A stretch of 64,000 bases of DNA from the human T2T-CHM13v2.0 reference genome, Homo sapiens. The notes under the pieces are model-generated. The model was not told where the DNA came from. It did no database searches and worked only from the letters and a program-made list of their open reading frames with translations. Shown here piece by piece: positions 1 to 16,799 of this stretch. Within the stretch, counting starts at the first letter, position 1. Each line of letters opens with the position of its first letter. Both the position numbers and the translations under genes were made by a program. The stretch lies in assembly GCF_009914755.1 (NCBI RefSeq), contig NC_060931.1; one strand, given 5' to 3'.

Positions 1-1053
1 AATAATTGTCTCCTAAATCAACGTTTTTAATCATTGTCTCCTAAACAGGAGAAAAAATCATCTGCTTTGATGGAGAGGTAGAAAGATTCAGAAGTTTAGA
101 AAAGTGAAGGTTTGAATTAGTCACTGTAATGAGTGGAAAAGTAGGCCCAATCACAAGAACATAATAGGACTGTGGAGCAGTGTTCAAATATCATTAAGGT
201 AGGCAATCATAAAATCAGGAAGAAACTAATCTGGTGCAGAAGGAGACAATAACTGGCTGCCTCCAAGGGTGACTTCTGCCAGCTGAACACAATGAAAAGA
301 TGCGGGGTCGAGGAAATTTAAAGTACAGTATTGCCAAGAGTGTAACAGAAACGACATGCCATGGACCCAAAGCGGAAAGAGGAAAGTGAAGAATGAAGGC
401 TGATGGATCAGGAGAAAGTAAATGGAATGCAAGATCCAATGAGGTCAAAGAATAGTTATAATTTAAGGAGTTGCACAAGCAAACCAGGAGACGGTATGGT
501 CTACGAATAGGATATCTAAATTAATATTGTGGAAGTGAAACAGTTAAGAGTGACAAGTCCAAAGCGAGACTGTGAAGTAAATGGCTTAACTGGCACAGGG
601 AAGCTCATTAGAGAGAAGACGGGCAAATAATTGAGTAGCTATGGTGTCATGTGGGTCATTCAAGTGGACAGTGAAATCACAGAAGATGTATAGAGCAGGT
701 TAGAAAACCCCACAGATGCATGGTAAAGAAAAATGAGGGTTAATTAATATCAATTTTAATGACAATAAGTGAATAGAAAACTCAGAACAGTGGCTTTTAA
801 ACCATAGTTGCCAGAACTACAGGTTTCCTCAATGGTGTCTCAAAGACGACCCCAGGACATGGGAAAAGCTAAAAGGATAGGTATCTATAAGACACCATCT
901 CTTAAACCAGAGCAGTTTCCATTTTGTTTCCTATACTGAGGATATGTATATGATTACAATGTTTTTAAATGTTCTGCCACTTTTTTAAAAAAGTTTAAAA
1001 AGCACTTCTCTAGTTGTTTTTTTTTTTTTCCTCTAATTATTTGGAAGACTTAC

Positions 1054-1152
1054 CTTCTCATATGCATTTTCTAGAAATTCAATTGGACTTTTCCCAAATG
1101 CTATGGCATGCCCAAGGAATGGAATTGGGGAGAAAATGTATGGAGGACTTTT
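1054..1152 (-). CDS. CYP51A1: CYP51A1 coding exon 2 (lanosterol 14-alpha demethylase), [33 protein letters not shown]
   Basis: 99 nt, phase 0/0; acceptor AG at 1154-1153 after pyrimidine tract, donor GTAAGT at 1053-1048; translation contains the P450 proline-rich hinge; gene continues beyond window start. Confidence 0.97.
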
Positions 1153-1507
1153 CTACAAGAGAAAAAAATAGTAAATTCAATTCGTGTTTCATTTCAAGAG
1201 AGAAACCCAGTTTCGTTTCATGACCAAACAATTAAACAAAATAGCTATTAAGACTTCAAAAAAAAGTTACCAAAAAAAAGGAAGCATCAGAAGTAACTTG
1301 AGAACAGCCAAATTGCAAATACCTCAAGAGAGTAGCTATTGTAGAAAAGAACAGAAACTCAAAACACGGTATAAGATAAACGACCAGATAAACACTAAGG
1401 CACTGTAAATTTAAATGATGGACACTGTCCAGAATATGTCCAATTATTATTGGTGTCTCCAGGCAACTTTTCTAACCATTAGTAGCAAAAAACCAAAAAG
1501 GTCAAAC

Positions 1508-1838
1508 TACACTTGTCCCTTGGCATTTGTGGAGAACTGGTCCCAGGACCCCCTCACAGATTTGTATCCAGGGATCCTCAAGTCCCTTATATAAAATGGC
1601 AAAGTATTTGCGTATAACCTATGCACATCCTCTCATATACCTTAAACCATTTCTATATTACTTACAATACCCAATACAATGTAAAGGCTATATAAACTGT
1701 TATTAAACTGTGTTTTTTTATTTGTATTATTTTTTATTGTTGTGTTATTTTGTATTGGGTTTTTTTCCCCTGGGTATTTTAGATCTACACTTGGCTGAAT
1801 TCCCAAATGTGGAATTCGTGTCCCCAGAGGGCCCACTA
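1508..1838. mobile_element. MER2-like (Tigger/TcMar) non-autonomous DNA transposon
   Basis: Recognisable MER2 core (caagtcccttatataaaatggc...gtatttgcgtataacctatgcacatcctc); ends approximate. Confidence 0.7.
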
Positions 1839-2538
1839 TATTGTTTCTTCACTACTTACTACTACTACTACTCACAATTTTAGTCCCAGATACTTGCTTA
1901 AAGAAGGTATAGAAAAAGACAAGCAGTAACTTGTAGTATAGAAAGAAGGGAAATGTTTAAGAAGCTATATTTACTTCTCAGTAAACAATCAATCTCATGC
2001 TTCTCTCACTGCAAGTGAACTAGAGCCACTGATTTTAGAGTTTTTAAGAGAGTAGATCAGCTCTAGCAAGAACTCTAGCATTCTTCATAAAAGTTTCTTT
2101 AGATGCCACAAAATGAGACCTGCAGATTACAACATTAAGTATCCTGAAAATCAAACAAAATAATGAAAAAGGGTAATACTCCTCAATTCTCTGGTGGTCT
2201 CAAATAGAAAGGAGCACCACAACCTCACAGTACACCTCAGCTAATAGAACTATCTTTAAACACTAAAAGTAACTTTGTCTTCCCAGAGACAAATATCATT
2301 TCCTTAAAGATCCCATGTGTAGGAAAAAAATAAATAAATAAATAACTCTTTCTTATGCCTGGTATGGTTCAAACAAAAATTATTTTAAAAGCTACTTGGT
2401 CAAAAGTTTGTACATTGCATTGTCAGTAAAAGGGTAGTTTTCAAAAGCTACTTATTGCTGACTGTAAAAGGCACAATCAAATAACATTTGGGAGATTGAA
2501 AGCTAGGTTAATAAGGCTGTTAAATTGAAGAAAATGAT

Positions 2539-2846
2539 TTTTTTTTTTTTTGAGACGGAGTCTCATTCTGTCGCCCAGACTGGAGTCCAGTGGCGCAATC
2601 TCGGTTTACTGCAACCTCCGCCTCCTAGGTTCAAGTGATTCTCGGGCCTCAGCTTCCCAAGCAGCTGGGACTACAGGCGTGTGCCACCACATCCAGCTAA
2701 TTTTTGTTTTGTTTTGTTGTATTTTAGTAGAGATGGGGTTTCTCCATGTTGTTCAGGCTGGTCTGGAACTCCTGACCTCAGGTGATCCGCCCGCTTCGGC
2801 CTCCCGAAGTGCTGGGATTACAGGCGTGAGCCACTGCTCCCGGCCG
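2539..2846 (-). mobile_element. AluS
   Basis: Reverse Alu consensus with poly(T). Confidence 0.92.
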
Positions 2847-3451
2847 AGAAACTGTTACATTATTAGCATCAGAGGAAGGCCCTTACCACACTCCAGTCAC
2901 TACCATTACCACACTCTACACATCCTCCTTAATATGGGTATAAACCACCATTAGGGGCACTGCTACAGCCCACAGAACACTGAACCACACAGGGCAGCCT
3001 CCAGGATGACGGGCCAGCTGCCAACAGCATCTCCGTCAGGACCCCCACCAAGGGCCCCAACGACCACCGGGTCGTTCAAACCCACAGCCGCCAATCCAGC
3101 CACCGCCACTAGGGGCACCACTGCTGCGGTCAGTACAGACCGCTACAACCACAAATGCCGCAACCACGACCCCGTCTAGGATCAGATACACAGCCGGGGA
3201 GGCCAGCACCGCCCCCCAACACAAGGCAATGGCGGGTGCTACAGCCAGCGCCACCAGCAGCAGTGCCGCCGCCGCAGCCACTACTCCAGCCCCCAGCGCG
3301 CCTGCCACCAAAGCCACGCCAAGCATGGCCGCAGTCGCCCCCGCCCTTGCCATCCACTGAGCCGGTCGGGGCCACGGAGCCGCCCACGCCAGCCCTTCGG
3401 CCGCCTCAGCTGCGGCGCGCGCCCCACTCAGACCCTAAAGAATGTACGTAC

Positions 3452-3643
3452 CACCCCTGCGGGCAGCTGGACCAGGTGGCCGGCGGCCAGACGGATCAGG
3501 TAGACCAGGCTGAGGGTGAAGGCGCAGGCGATCAGCAGCATGGACAAGAGGTTGCCGCCTGTCACCTTCTCCATCGCCTGGCCCAGCACCGACCCACCCG
3601 CCTGCAGCAAGCCCAGCAGCAGCATCCCAGCCGCCGCCGCCAT
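3452..3643 (-). CDS. CYP51A1: CYP51A1 coding exon 1 (64 aa, contains ER membrane anchor)
   Basis: [64 protein letters not shown] then donor GTACGT at 3451; phase 0, joins exon 2 in frame; second in-frame ATG (Met7). Confidence 0.97.
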
Positions 3644-3944
3644 TCACTCCGTCGGAAACACTGAAGGCCGAGGTCGCCACCGCTCCTCCCAATCGACGGA
3701 ACGAGAGAAGCTGGCAGATGGTCGTCCACAGGGGGCCTTGCCCCAGGTCTCCTACTAAACCCAGCCCCACCCCTCGGGTCCCACGCGCGCCACCCCGTGC
3801 GTCACAGAATGGGGCGGGATGTTCCGCTGGCCACGCCCCTTAAATAACACTCTGTGAAGCCGTGGTCTTCTTGCGCGGGATAGGGCACCTGAGGAAGCGG
3901 GCTGCGCCTGTGGCACAGTGGTACGGGGCCGGAAGATAACTTAC

Positions 3945-4060
3945 CTGAAGAGGCGATCAATCCCTGAGAATCGCGGGCGACCCGTTTTTTGTGTGCCCGG
4001 GTGCGGGGTGCCGGGACACGGCGTTGAAGGCGCTGAGCGGAGGGATCTCAGGGCGAGCTC
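3945..4060 (-). other. CYP51A1: Probable alternative non-coding first exon of CYP51A1 (5' boundary uncertain)
   Basis: Perfect donor CAG|GTAAGT at 3945/3944 inside the CpG island, just downstream of the SRE/CRE cluster. Confidence 0.65.
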
Positions 4061-4099
4061 GAGCGGCGACGGCGCGCTCTGTGATTGCACCGCGAGCGC

Positions 4100-4109
4100 C
4101 TGAGGTGAT
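4100..4109 (-). promoter_or_regulatory. Sterol regulatory element ATCACCTCAG (SREBP site)
   Basis: ctgaggtgat on plus; close match to SRE-1 ATCACCCCAC in a cholesterol-pathway promoter. Confidence 0.85.
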
Positions 4110-4120
4110 CTCGGCCTACA

Positions 4121-4128
4121 TCGCGTCA
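4121..4128 (-). promoter_or_regulatory. CRE-like element TGACGCGA (CREB/CREM)
   Basis: tcgcgtca on plus, 11 bp from the SRE; CYP51 is a known cAMP/CREM target in germ cells. Confidence 0.75.
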
Positions 4129-4761
4129 GCGGGGCCTTGGGCGTGAGCACCGCCCCCTGTCCGGACGCAGGGTACTGGGGCACCTCGAACTGTGGCACCT
4201 CACCCTTCTCCGGGGCCACGTCTTGGGGACTCCGACAGCCCCAAATAAGCCCTCGGGGACTGGGGTTGTGAAAAGCGAGGTCGTGAAGACGCCGGCCTCA
4301 TACCGAAGGGTAGGACGGTGAGGTCAGCCCCGTCCCACTCCAACTAAAATCAACCTGACAGGTATTAATATGCCACCATGAAGTTAACAAATGTTGGTGA
4401 TTAAGTATGCTAGGTTTTACGAAAACAGATTTTCCAAAATAAATGTACATGTTTTAGGACGTCGCGAGCCGTTTGAGGCAGCATTCCCCAAGGACGCCAC
4501 TTAGTCTGTAGGTTTAGCGGCTAGAAAGATTCAGAAGCTGAGTTCAGTCCTGCCGCCACAATCAATCTTCGCTCCTATGGCTTCACAGAAGCGTCTCCCA
4601 TGACTACCAAATTTAACTCCTTCCAGATCACCCACGGGAGCACCTGACCGGATTCATTTATTTAATCAATGTTAAGAACTAGGTTTTGTGCTAAGCTAGG
4701 GGATAGAGCAGCGAATGAGACAAAACTGCAAGGCCCTGGGGGAATTAGTAGGAATATCCAG

Positions 4762-5269
4762 TGAAAGGGAAATTAATGAATTTTATAAGTATACTAATCA
4801 AGAAGTATATTCTTTTCCTTTGAGGTAGAATGTAATATAGCACCTCCCCTACCCAAGGCCTGGGTTAAGAGTATATTAACTGCTTATTTCTCCCCTATGC
4901 GTGGAGAGGCTTATCTGTGTTCCATCGTTTCACATTCCTTGAGGCACAGCGAGTTCTTGCTTCCCTCCCTAGCGCTGCTGTAAAGTCACAAAACTGATTA
5001 GCAAGTGTTACAAAAGCATGTATTCCCAAGGACGTAAGACATATGGTGTAACAAATGTAAGAGTAATTTACTGCCTTTGTTCTTGCTTCTGCAAGTACAC
5101 TTCATGCAACACGTAACTCCCAACACAAACTGCTTAAAAGGTGATTGATCCCTTTGTTCGGGGCTCAGACTTTCTGGACCCTAGTCCGACTGAGCCGGTG
5201 ATCACCTTAATAATAAAGGCTCTCCTGAACTCTGCTCGGTCTCTCCCGTCTATGATTTGTCCCGCAACA
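4762..5269 (+). mobile_element. Solo ERV1-class LTR (LTR15/ERV3-related)
   Basis: TG...CA termini, 4-bp TSD CCAG (4758-4761, 5270-5273), AATAAA 5212-5217, motifs ctgcctttgttct and ctttgttcggggctcag; subfamily tentative. Confidence 0.8.
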
Positions 5270-5459
5270 CCAGTTGCCTGCGGAACACCTCTACCTAGAG
5301 AGCTAACACTCATCCCCGGTCAGTAAATCCAAAACTAAACCCGTTGCCTCCTCCTACCAACCTGTCCCTCCTATAATGCCTGTGAAGAAAAGGCATCACT
5401 GTGCACACTGTTGCCCTCTCCATGCTTCATCTAATCAGTCATCAGATCCTATAATTCTA

Positions 5460-5822
<363 letters not shown>

Positions 5823-5835
5823 TTATATATTTATA

Positions 5836-6208
5836 TATGGAATGGAATGCTACGTGGTCACAAAAAGGAATGAATGAATGGCATTTTCAGCAACCTGGAT
5901 GGGATTGAAGACTATTATTCTAAGTGAAGTAACTCAGGAATGGAAAACAAAACATCATATGTTCTCACTCCTAAGTGAGAGCTAAGCTATGAGGATGCAA
6001 AGGCATAAGAATGACACAATGGACTATGGGGACTCAGGGAAAGGGTGGAAGGGGGTGAGGGATAAAAGATTACAAATTGGGTTCAGTGTATACTACTCGG
6101 CGATGGTTGCACCAAAATCTCACAAATCACCACTAAAGAACTTACTCATGTAACCAAATACCACATTTCTTAAAACCCTATGGAAATAAAAAATTAAAAA
6201 AGAAAAAA
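5836..6208 (+). mobile_element. L1PB-like 3' end fragment
   Basis: ORF2 C-terminus/3'UTR motifs (atgttctcactc...gagctaagctatgaggatgcaaaggcataag) and A tail. Confidence 0.8.
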
Positions 6209-6312
6209 GAACCCAACAGTCTTCTATTAAGCCAGGTGTAAAAGAGATTTACAAAAATCTAAAACTATGCCATTCTTCTCACTAATATTTTATTTTTGAA
6301 AATATAGCTATA

Positions 6313-6640
<328 letters not shown>

Positions 6641-6772
6641 TTATGTAAATAATTATTTTCAATAAACATTTTCATTTATTTTAATTTGTAATACTGTAAG
6701 TTTTGATAGATATAATCCATTTAAAAAAATGACTCTCTAGGGTTCTTAATAATTTATTATTTTAAGTCCTAA

Positions 6773-7770
<998 letters not shown>

Positions 7771-8271
7771 GGTTCCCTTCATAGACACAGAGCAGTTGTC
7801 CTGTCTGAAGTTTACCTCTCTGCTGCTCCTCAGTGAATGGGCTTTCTTTAATCCCTCCCCATTAAAAAAAAAAAAAGTCCCATTCCCTTGCAGGAAAACT
7901 GTAATGCCTACCCACAGGGATTGGTCTCCCTCTGGCATCCACAGCCCACCCCACAACACTCCAAACCCCAACTCTACCTTTCACCAGCAGAGCAATTCAT
8001 AAGACACAATTATGCAAAACATAATAAATCTGATTTTTTCCGTAGGAGGTGGTTCAGGAAAACGGTCCCATTTGGCACCTCAAGTCTAGGTCCCTCAAGT
8101 CTCTACAACAGTATGCAAAGAAAATGTTCATCTTCATTCTTCTTATAGTTTTCTGGTAACTTACTGAACCAAGCGCACACACACTCTCCAAGGACAAACA
8201 TTTTTCAGTGCTGGGACAATGCAAATTCAGGTAAGGGAAGACAAACATTTCCCTAAGTGCAGATAAATCTA

Positions 8272-8670
<399 letters not shown>

Positions 8671-9076
8671 CTATGCTAGCTAGAGCATTTGAAACAACAG
8701 GACCAATGGGACCATCTACTGCTGGTGGATACTTTTCAGTGACCCAAAAGATCTGGCAGTAGCTTTGAAATTATTGCTTTTCTTTACAGTAGGTCAGAGT
8801 AAATTATCACTATTTTTTAATTTATTGCTTGTAATTTGTGTCATATCTAAGAACCATCTAACCCAAAATTTATACCTATGTTTTCTTCTAAAAGTTTTAT
8901 GACTTTAGCTTTTCTATTTAGAACTTTGATCCATTTTAAGTTTTGTATATGGTGTGAGGTAGGGCTCCAAATTTATTATTTTGCTGGTGGATCTAGTTGT
9001 TACAGCACCATTTGTTGAAAATACTGTTTTTCCCCCAGTGAATCATCTGACACCCTTGTTAAAAATTGATTAACTG

Positions 9077-9404
<328 letters not shown>

Positions 9405-9517
9405 TTAGGGTTTATTTTTGGCCTCTCAGTTCTATTCTGTTGATCTATATGTCTATCCTTATGCCAGAACTACACTGTCTTGATTACTGCAGTTTTGTAT
9501 TAAGTTTGAAAGTGAGA

Positions 9518-9824
<307 letters not shown>

Positions 9825-9921
9825 TCATTTTCAAGATTGTTTTGACTATTTTGGGTCCCTTTAGGTTTATTTCACTTTAGGATCAGTTTGTCAATTTCTG
9901 CAATGAAGCCAGCTGGACACT

Positions 9922-10247
<326 letters not shown>

Positions 10248-10260
10248 TAAAAAGATTTTT

Positions 10261-10583
<323 letters not shown>

Positions 10584-11195
10584 TTAGATCAGTGTTTTTA
10601 GAAGATAAGTCTGGTAGCAATGTACGGTGTGGTTTGGGCGAGTCTATGGGCTAGGATATTTGTTAAAAAGTGTGTAATTGTAGCAATTTAGCAAAAGTTG
10701 ATAAGAACTGACGCTTTCGTGGTTCTGATGTTACCCAGCTTTCTTCTTTTCTCTCTGTCTCTCTCTCTTACTTCATACCAAAGCTTCACCTAGAACATTT
10801 TCTAGTCTTTATAACTTCATTTCTGAAGGAAGAGTAGAGAAACCAGTTCATATCACTTAAATTTTTTTAGGTCTTAAGTTTGCTCATTTGTTAAATGAGA
10901 AGATAGACTTCACTAGACAATTTCCAAGGTCCTTCACACTTTAATGTTCTATGGAAGTACCTTGCCTCCAGTGGAAAACATTAACAACAACCATCATTAA
11001 GCCAATATAAACCCACAGGTTCTCATCCCTACTGCAAGAAGTTTTAAAATAGGGAAGGATTAGAGACACAGGCTGTATAGTTGTTAAACCAATGTTATGT
11101 TGCACTTCCAAAATGGCAACAAAATATACACTTTAAATTTTAACCTGCAAAATAAATTTATTTAATATGGTCTCACATAGAAAATTATTTTTTAA

Positions 11196-11520
<325 letters not shown>

Positions 11521-11741
11521 TCCACAATATTCTTAACCACTTGTATTAGGTCTCTTTCCATTCAAAGTTATGGAAACCCAGGTCACACTCCTTAAGTGGG
11601 TGAAAAGTAAAAAGTGCAGAAGTATGGGGATTGAGGATCAGACAACATAAACAAGGTTCTGTCTCTCTCTTGGCATCCAGCTCTCGGCAGACTACTACAC
11701 ACTGTGCATGATATACCAAGACTAAAAGACTCATAACCTAC

Positions 11742-11772
11742 CCGCAGAAAGAGTGCATCTTCCATAGTAGCT
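11742..11772 (-). other. Candidate 31-nt exon AGCTACTATGGAAGATGCACTCTTTCTGCGG linking LRRD1/LTR12C to CYP51A1
   Basis: Branch-like CATTAAC (11803-11797), TTTCTTTTGGATCTTTTTGCAG acceptor, CGG|GTAGGT donor, internal ACTATGG Kozak ATG at 11765-11763 in frame with CYP51A1 exon 2. Confidence 0.6.
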
Positions 11773-11821
11773 CTGCAAAAAGATCCAAAAGAAACTGTTA
11801 ATGGCCTGGCTTAAGTCAAAT

Positions 11822-13167
11822 TGTGTCCGGAATTGGTGGGTTCTTCGTCTCACTGACTTCAAGTATGAAGCCGACCCTCACGGTCAGTGTTACAGCTCTT
11901 AAGATGGCGCCTCTGGAGTTTGTTCCTTCTGATGTTCGGATGTGTTCGGAGTTTCTTCCTTCTGGTGGGATCGTGGTCTCGCTGGCTCAGGAGTGAAGCT
12001 GCAGACCTTCGCAGTGAGTGTTACAGCTCTTAAGGCGGCGCGTCTGGAGTTGTTCCTTTCTCCCGGTGGGTTCCTGGTCTTGCTGGCTTCAAGAGTGAAG
12101 CTGCAGACCTGCGTGTTGAGTGTTACAGCTCATAAAGGCAGTGTGGACCCAAAGAGAGAGCAGCAGCAAGATTTATTGCAAAGAGCGAAAGAACAATGCT
12201 TCCGCAGTGTGGAAGGGGACCGGAACAGGTTGCCACTGCTGGCTCAGGCAGCCTGCTTTTATTCTCTTATCTGGCCCCACCCACGTCCTGCTGATTGGTC
12301 CATTTTACAGAGAGCCCGAGTGGTCTATTTTGACAGGGCGCTGATTGGTGCTTTACAATCCCTGAGCCAGACACAAAGGTTCTCCACGTCCCCACTAGAT
12401 TAGCTAGATACAGAGTGTCGATTGGTGTATTCACCAACCCTGAGCTAGACACAGGGTGCTGATTGGTGTGTTTACAAACCTTGAGCTAGATACAGAGTGC
12501 CGATTGGTGTATTTACAATCCCCTAGCTAGACATAAAGGTTCTCCAAGTCCCCACCAGACTCAGGAGCCCAGCTGACTTCACCCGGTGGATCCCGCACCC
12601 ACCGGGGCCGCAGGTAGAGCTGCCTGTCAATCCCGCACCGTGTGCCCGCACTCCTCAGCCCTTGGATGGTCGATGGGTCTGGGCGCCATGGAACCGGGGG
12701 CGGCACTCGTCGGGGAGGCTCTGGCCGCACAGGAGCCCACGGAAGTGGGGGAGGCTCGGGCATGGTGGGCTGCAGGTCCCGAGCCCTGCCCCGCGGGAAG
12801 GCAGCTAAGGCCCGGCGAGAAATTGAGCACAGCAGCTGCTGGCCCAGGTGCTAAGCCCCTCACTGTCCAGGCCGGCTGGGCTGGCCGGCCGCTCCGAGTG
12901 CGGGGCCGCCGAGCCCACGCGCACCCGGAACTCGCGCTGGCCCGCAAGCACCGCGTGCAGCCCGGGTTCCCGCCCGCGCCTCTCCCTGCACACATGCCTG
13001 CAAGCTGAGGGAGCCGGTTCCGGCCTTGGCCAGCCCAGAAAGGGGCTCCCACAGTGCAGCGGTGGGCTGAAGGGCTCCTCAAGTGCCGCCAAATTGGGAG
13101 CCCAGGCAGAGGAGGCGCCGAGAGCGAGCGAGGGCTGTGAGGACTGCCAGCACGCTGTCACCTCTCA
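11822..13167 (-). mobile_element. Solo LTR12C (ERV9 LTR), 1346 bp
   Basis: Minus strand TGAGAGGTGACAGCGTGCTGG...CCAATTCCGGACACA; TSD AAAT (11818-11821, 13168-13171); five CCAAT boxes; CpG-rich U3. Confidence 0.95.
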
Positions 13168-13625
13168 AAATGGCTTTTCCTGGGTCAGAATCAATCATTA
13201 TGGTTAAATGAGTAGAAGATATTGATGTTAGTGCTGGAGTAGGGGAAGAGACTTACACGACAAGGTCAGCTCCACATTGAAATATGTGCAATGCATTCCC
13301 CCTATGAAAGGTTTTCTGATAGCAGAAGAAGGGGAGAGGCTCACATGACAGACAAGACAACAGATGGCCACTCTATCAATCCTGTCTGGACACTCAACTG
13401 AAGGATTACTGGCCCTGGCCCTAGTTTATGTTTAACAAAGCTATCCCATTCCTAATGGAGAAAAAGTAGGAATGGTATATTTATTTCTGTTTTTAAACTA
13501 GCATCTAAAAAGAAACTGTTCTGCTTTCTAACTCCAGTGAAAATCACTAGTAATGTTGCTACTTATAAATCGGGGGTTGTATAAAAGCATTATATAACAG
13601 AAAAATTTTAATAGAATTATTTTCA

Positions 13626-13928
13626 GGCTAGGCATGGTGGCTCACACCTGTAATCCCAGCACTTTGGGAGGCCCAGGCGGGCAGATCACAAGGTCAGGAG
13701 ATGGAGACCATCCTGCCCAACATGGTGAAACCCCGTCTCTACTAAAAATACAAAAATTATCCCGGCGTGGTGGTGGGCGCCTGTAGTCCCAGCTACTCAG
13801 GAGGCTGAGGCAGAAGCATCACTTGAACCCAGAAGGCAGAGGTTGCAGTGAGCCAAGATCACACCACTGCACTCCAGCCTGGGCAACAAGAGCAAAAACT
13901 CCATCTCAAAAAAAAAAAAAAAAAAAAA
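13626..13928 (+). mobile_element. AluS (Sc-like)
   Basis: TSD gaattattttca. Confidence 0.9.
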
Positions 13929-14147
13929 GGAATTATTTTCAAATGCAACATCACTATAATAAGACAACAGAACAAACACACAAAACAGTGTCTGTAATGT
14001 TTTATTATAACATTAGAGTGATAGTTATAAGTTGTCATCATCTCTTAAGAATGAAAGAAAAAAGATGCAATTCTCTTGTATGATAAAGTGAAGTGAAATG
14101 GTTCACAAACACAGTTTCAATTATAAGTGCATCAAAAGTTTTCAGTT

Positions 14148-14153
14148 TTTATT
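14148..14153 (-). terminator. LRRD1: LRRD1 poly(A) signal AATAAA (second copy at 14001-14006)
   Basis: tttatt on plus, 13 nt beyond the stop codon. Confidence 0.65.
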
Positions 14154-14166
14154 ATTGATCCACTGG

Positions 14167-14382
<216 letters not shown>

Positions 14383-14617
14383 TTAAATATTTATTAACGT
14401 TTAATATATTTAAATTACTGATAATTATCTGAATTGTCAATTAAGAACATTGCTTTAAACTCCTGTAATATTGTATATCTAGGTTTTCAAACCAATTTTA
14501 TCAGACTGAAGTGAGGATGAAATTAATTGGTGAAGAGAATCTCTATAAAAATTTGGCATGGAGCTTGGGACATAGAAAGTGAATGTTAGCTCCAGCCCAT
14601 CCCTTGTACCCTTATAG

Positions 14618-15017
<400 letters not shown>

Positions 15018-15354
15018 ACTATATGCTTTATAGCTTGATCTCACTTGATTCTCATGACAATTCTCTTATATGAGTATATTCATTTTACCAGTGAAGAAAC
15101 CAAGTCATCAAGAAGTTAAAGGACTTGCCCAAGGTCACAAAGCCAGTTGTGAGTAAAAGTCAGTCTGTCCTCATAGCCTTTGTTCTTTATTATGTTATAT
15201 GGCCTTCCAACATGGATCACAAACATGTAATAAACTAAAATCAGCTTTCTACAGCAAAGTAGAGATTGTGTTAATACGAATGTTTCAAAACCATGCAATA
15301 TCAACATGATATACATCAGAATGAGAATAAATTTGTACTAAATGCTGTCATTTA

Positions 15355-15537
<183 letters not shown>

Positions 15538-15614
15538 TCATATTATATCTAGTTTTCTTATTTCTGTGCTTCTATGAAATATATATGTTAAGTAAAACTG
15601 AAAATGACAATGCT

Positions 15615-16242
<628 letters not shown>

Positions 16243-16346
16243 TTATGAACTGAAATTTGAAACATTTGACATTTGTTCCATTTTTTTCTAAAATTTGAAA
16301 AATCCAACACTTAAAATGGCTGTTGAAAAGAATATTTATAAGCAAC

Positions 16347-16662
<316 letters not shown>

Positions 16663-16753
16663 TAAAGTGACTTCCAAGCCCTTTAATTTCTCCAGGATTT
16701 GAAATGCATTTGACTGCTTCCTTCAATTCTGGCTTTTTTATGTGCGTGGGTGT

Positions 16754-16799
16754 GTTTTGTTTTGTTTTGTTTTGTTTTGTTTTGTTTTGTTTTGTTTGG
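16754..16799. repeat. (TTTTG)n microsatellite
   Basis: About 9 pentamer units. Confidence 0.9.

Larger units (their letters stand above)
3000..4520. promoter_or_regulatory. CpG island / probable bidirectional promoter of CYP51A1 and divergent antisense lncRNA
   Basis: High GC and CpG density around exon 1; GC box ggggcggga 3811-3819; CRE-like TGACGCA (minus) 3798-3804; TATA-like TTATTTAA (minus) ~3840-3847. Confidence 0.9.

Noticed and set aside
3155-3770. Pro/Gly-rich ORFs 3155-3664, 3435-3770, 3516-3758
   Set aside because: Alternate-frame or antisense shadows of GC-rich CYP51A1 exon 1
3941-4219. 92-aa ORF as an alternative CYP51A1 N-terminus
   Set aside because: Non-ATG start and crosses donor 3945 in phase 2, out of frame with exon 2
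12400-12530. 41-bp periodic repeats resembling an array
   Set aside because: Standard LTR12 U3 CCAAT enhancer repeats; no unique spacers, not CRISPR
11942-13207. Overlapping 60-153 aa ORFs
   Set aside because: GC-rich LTR12C sequence
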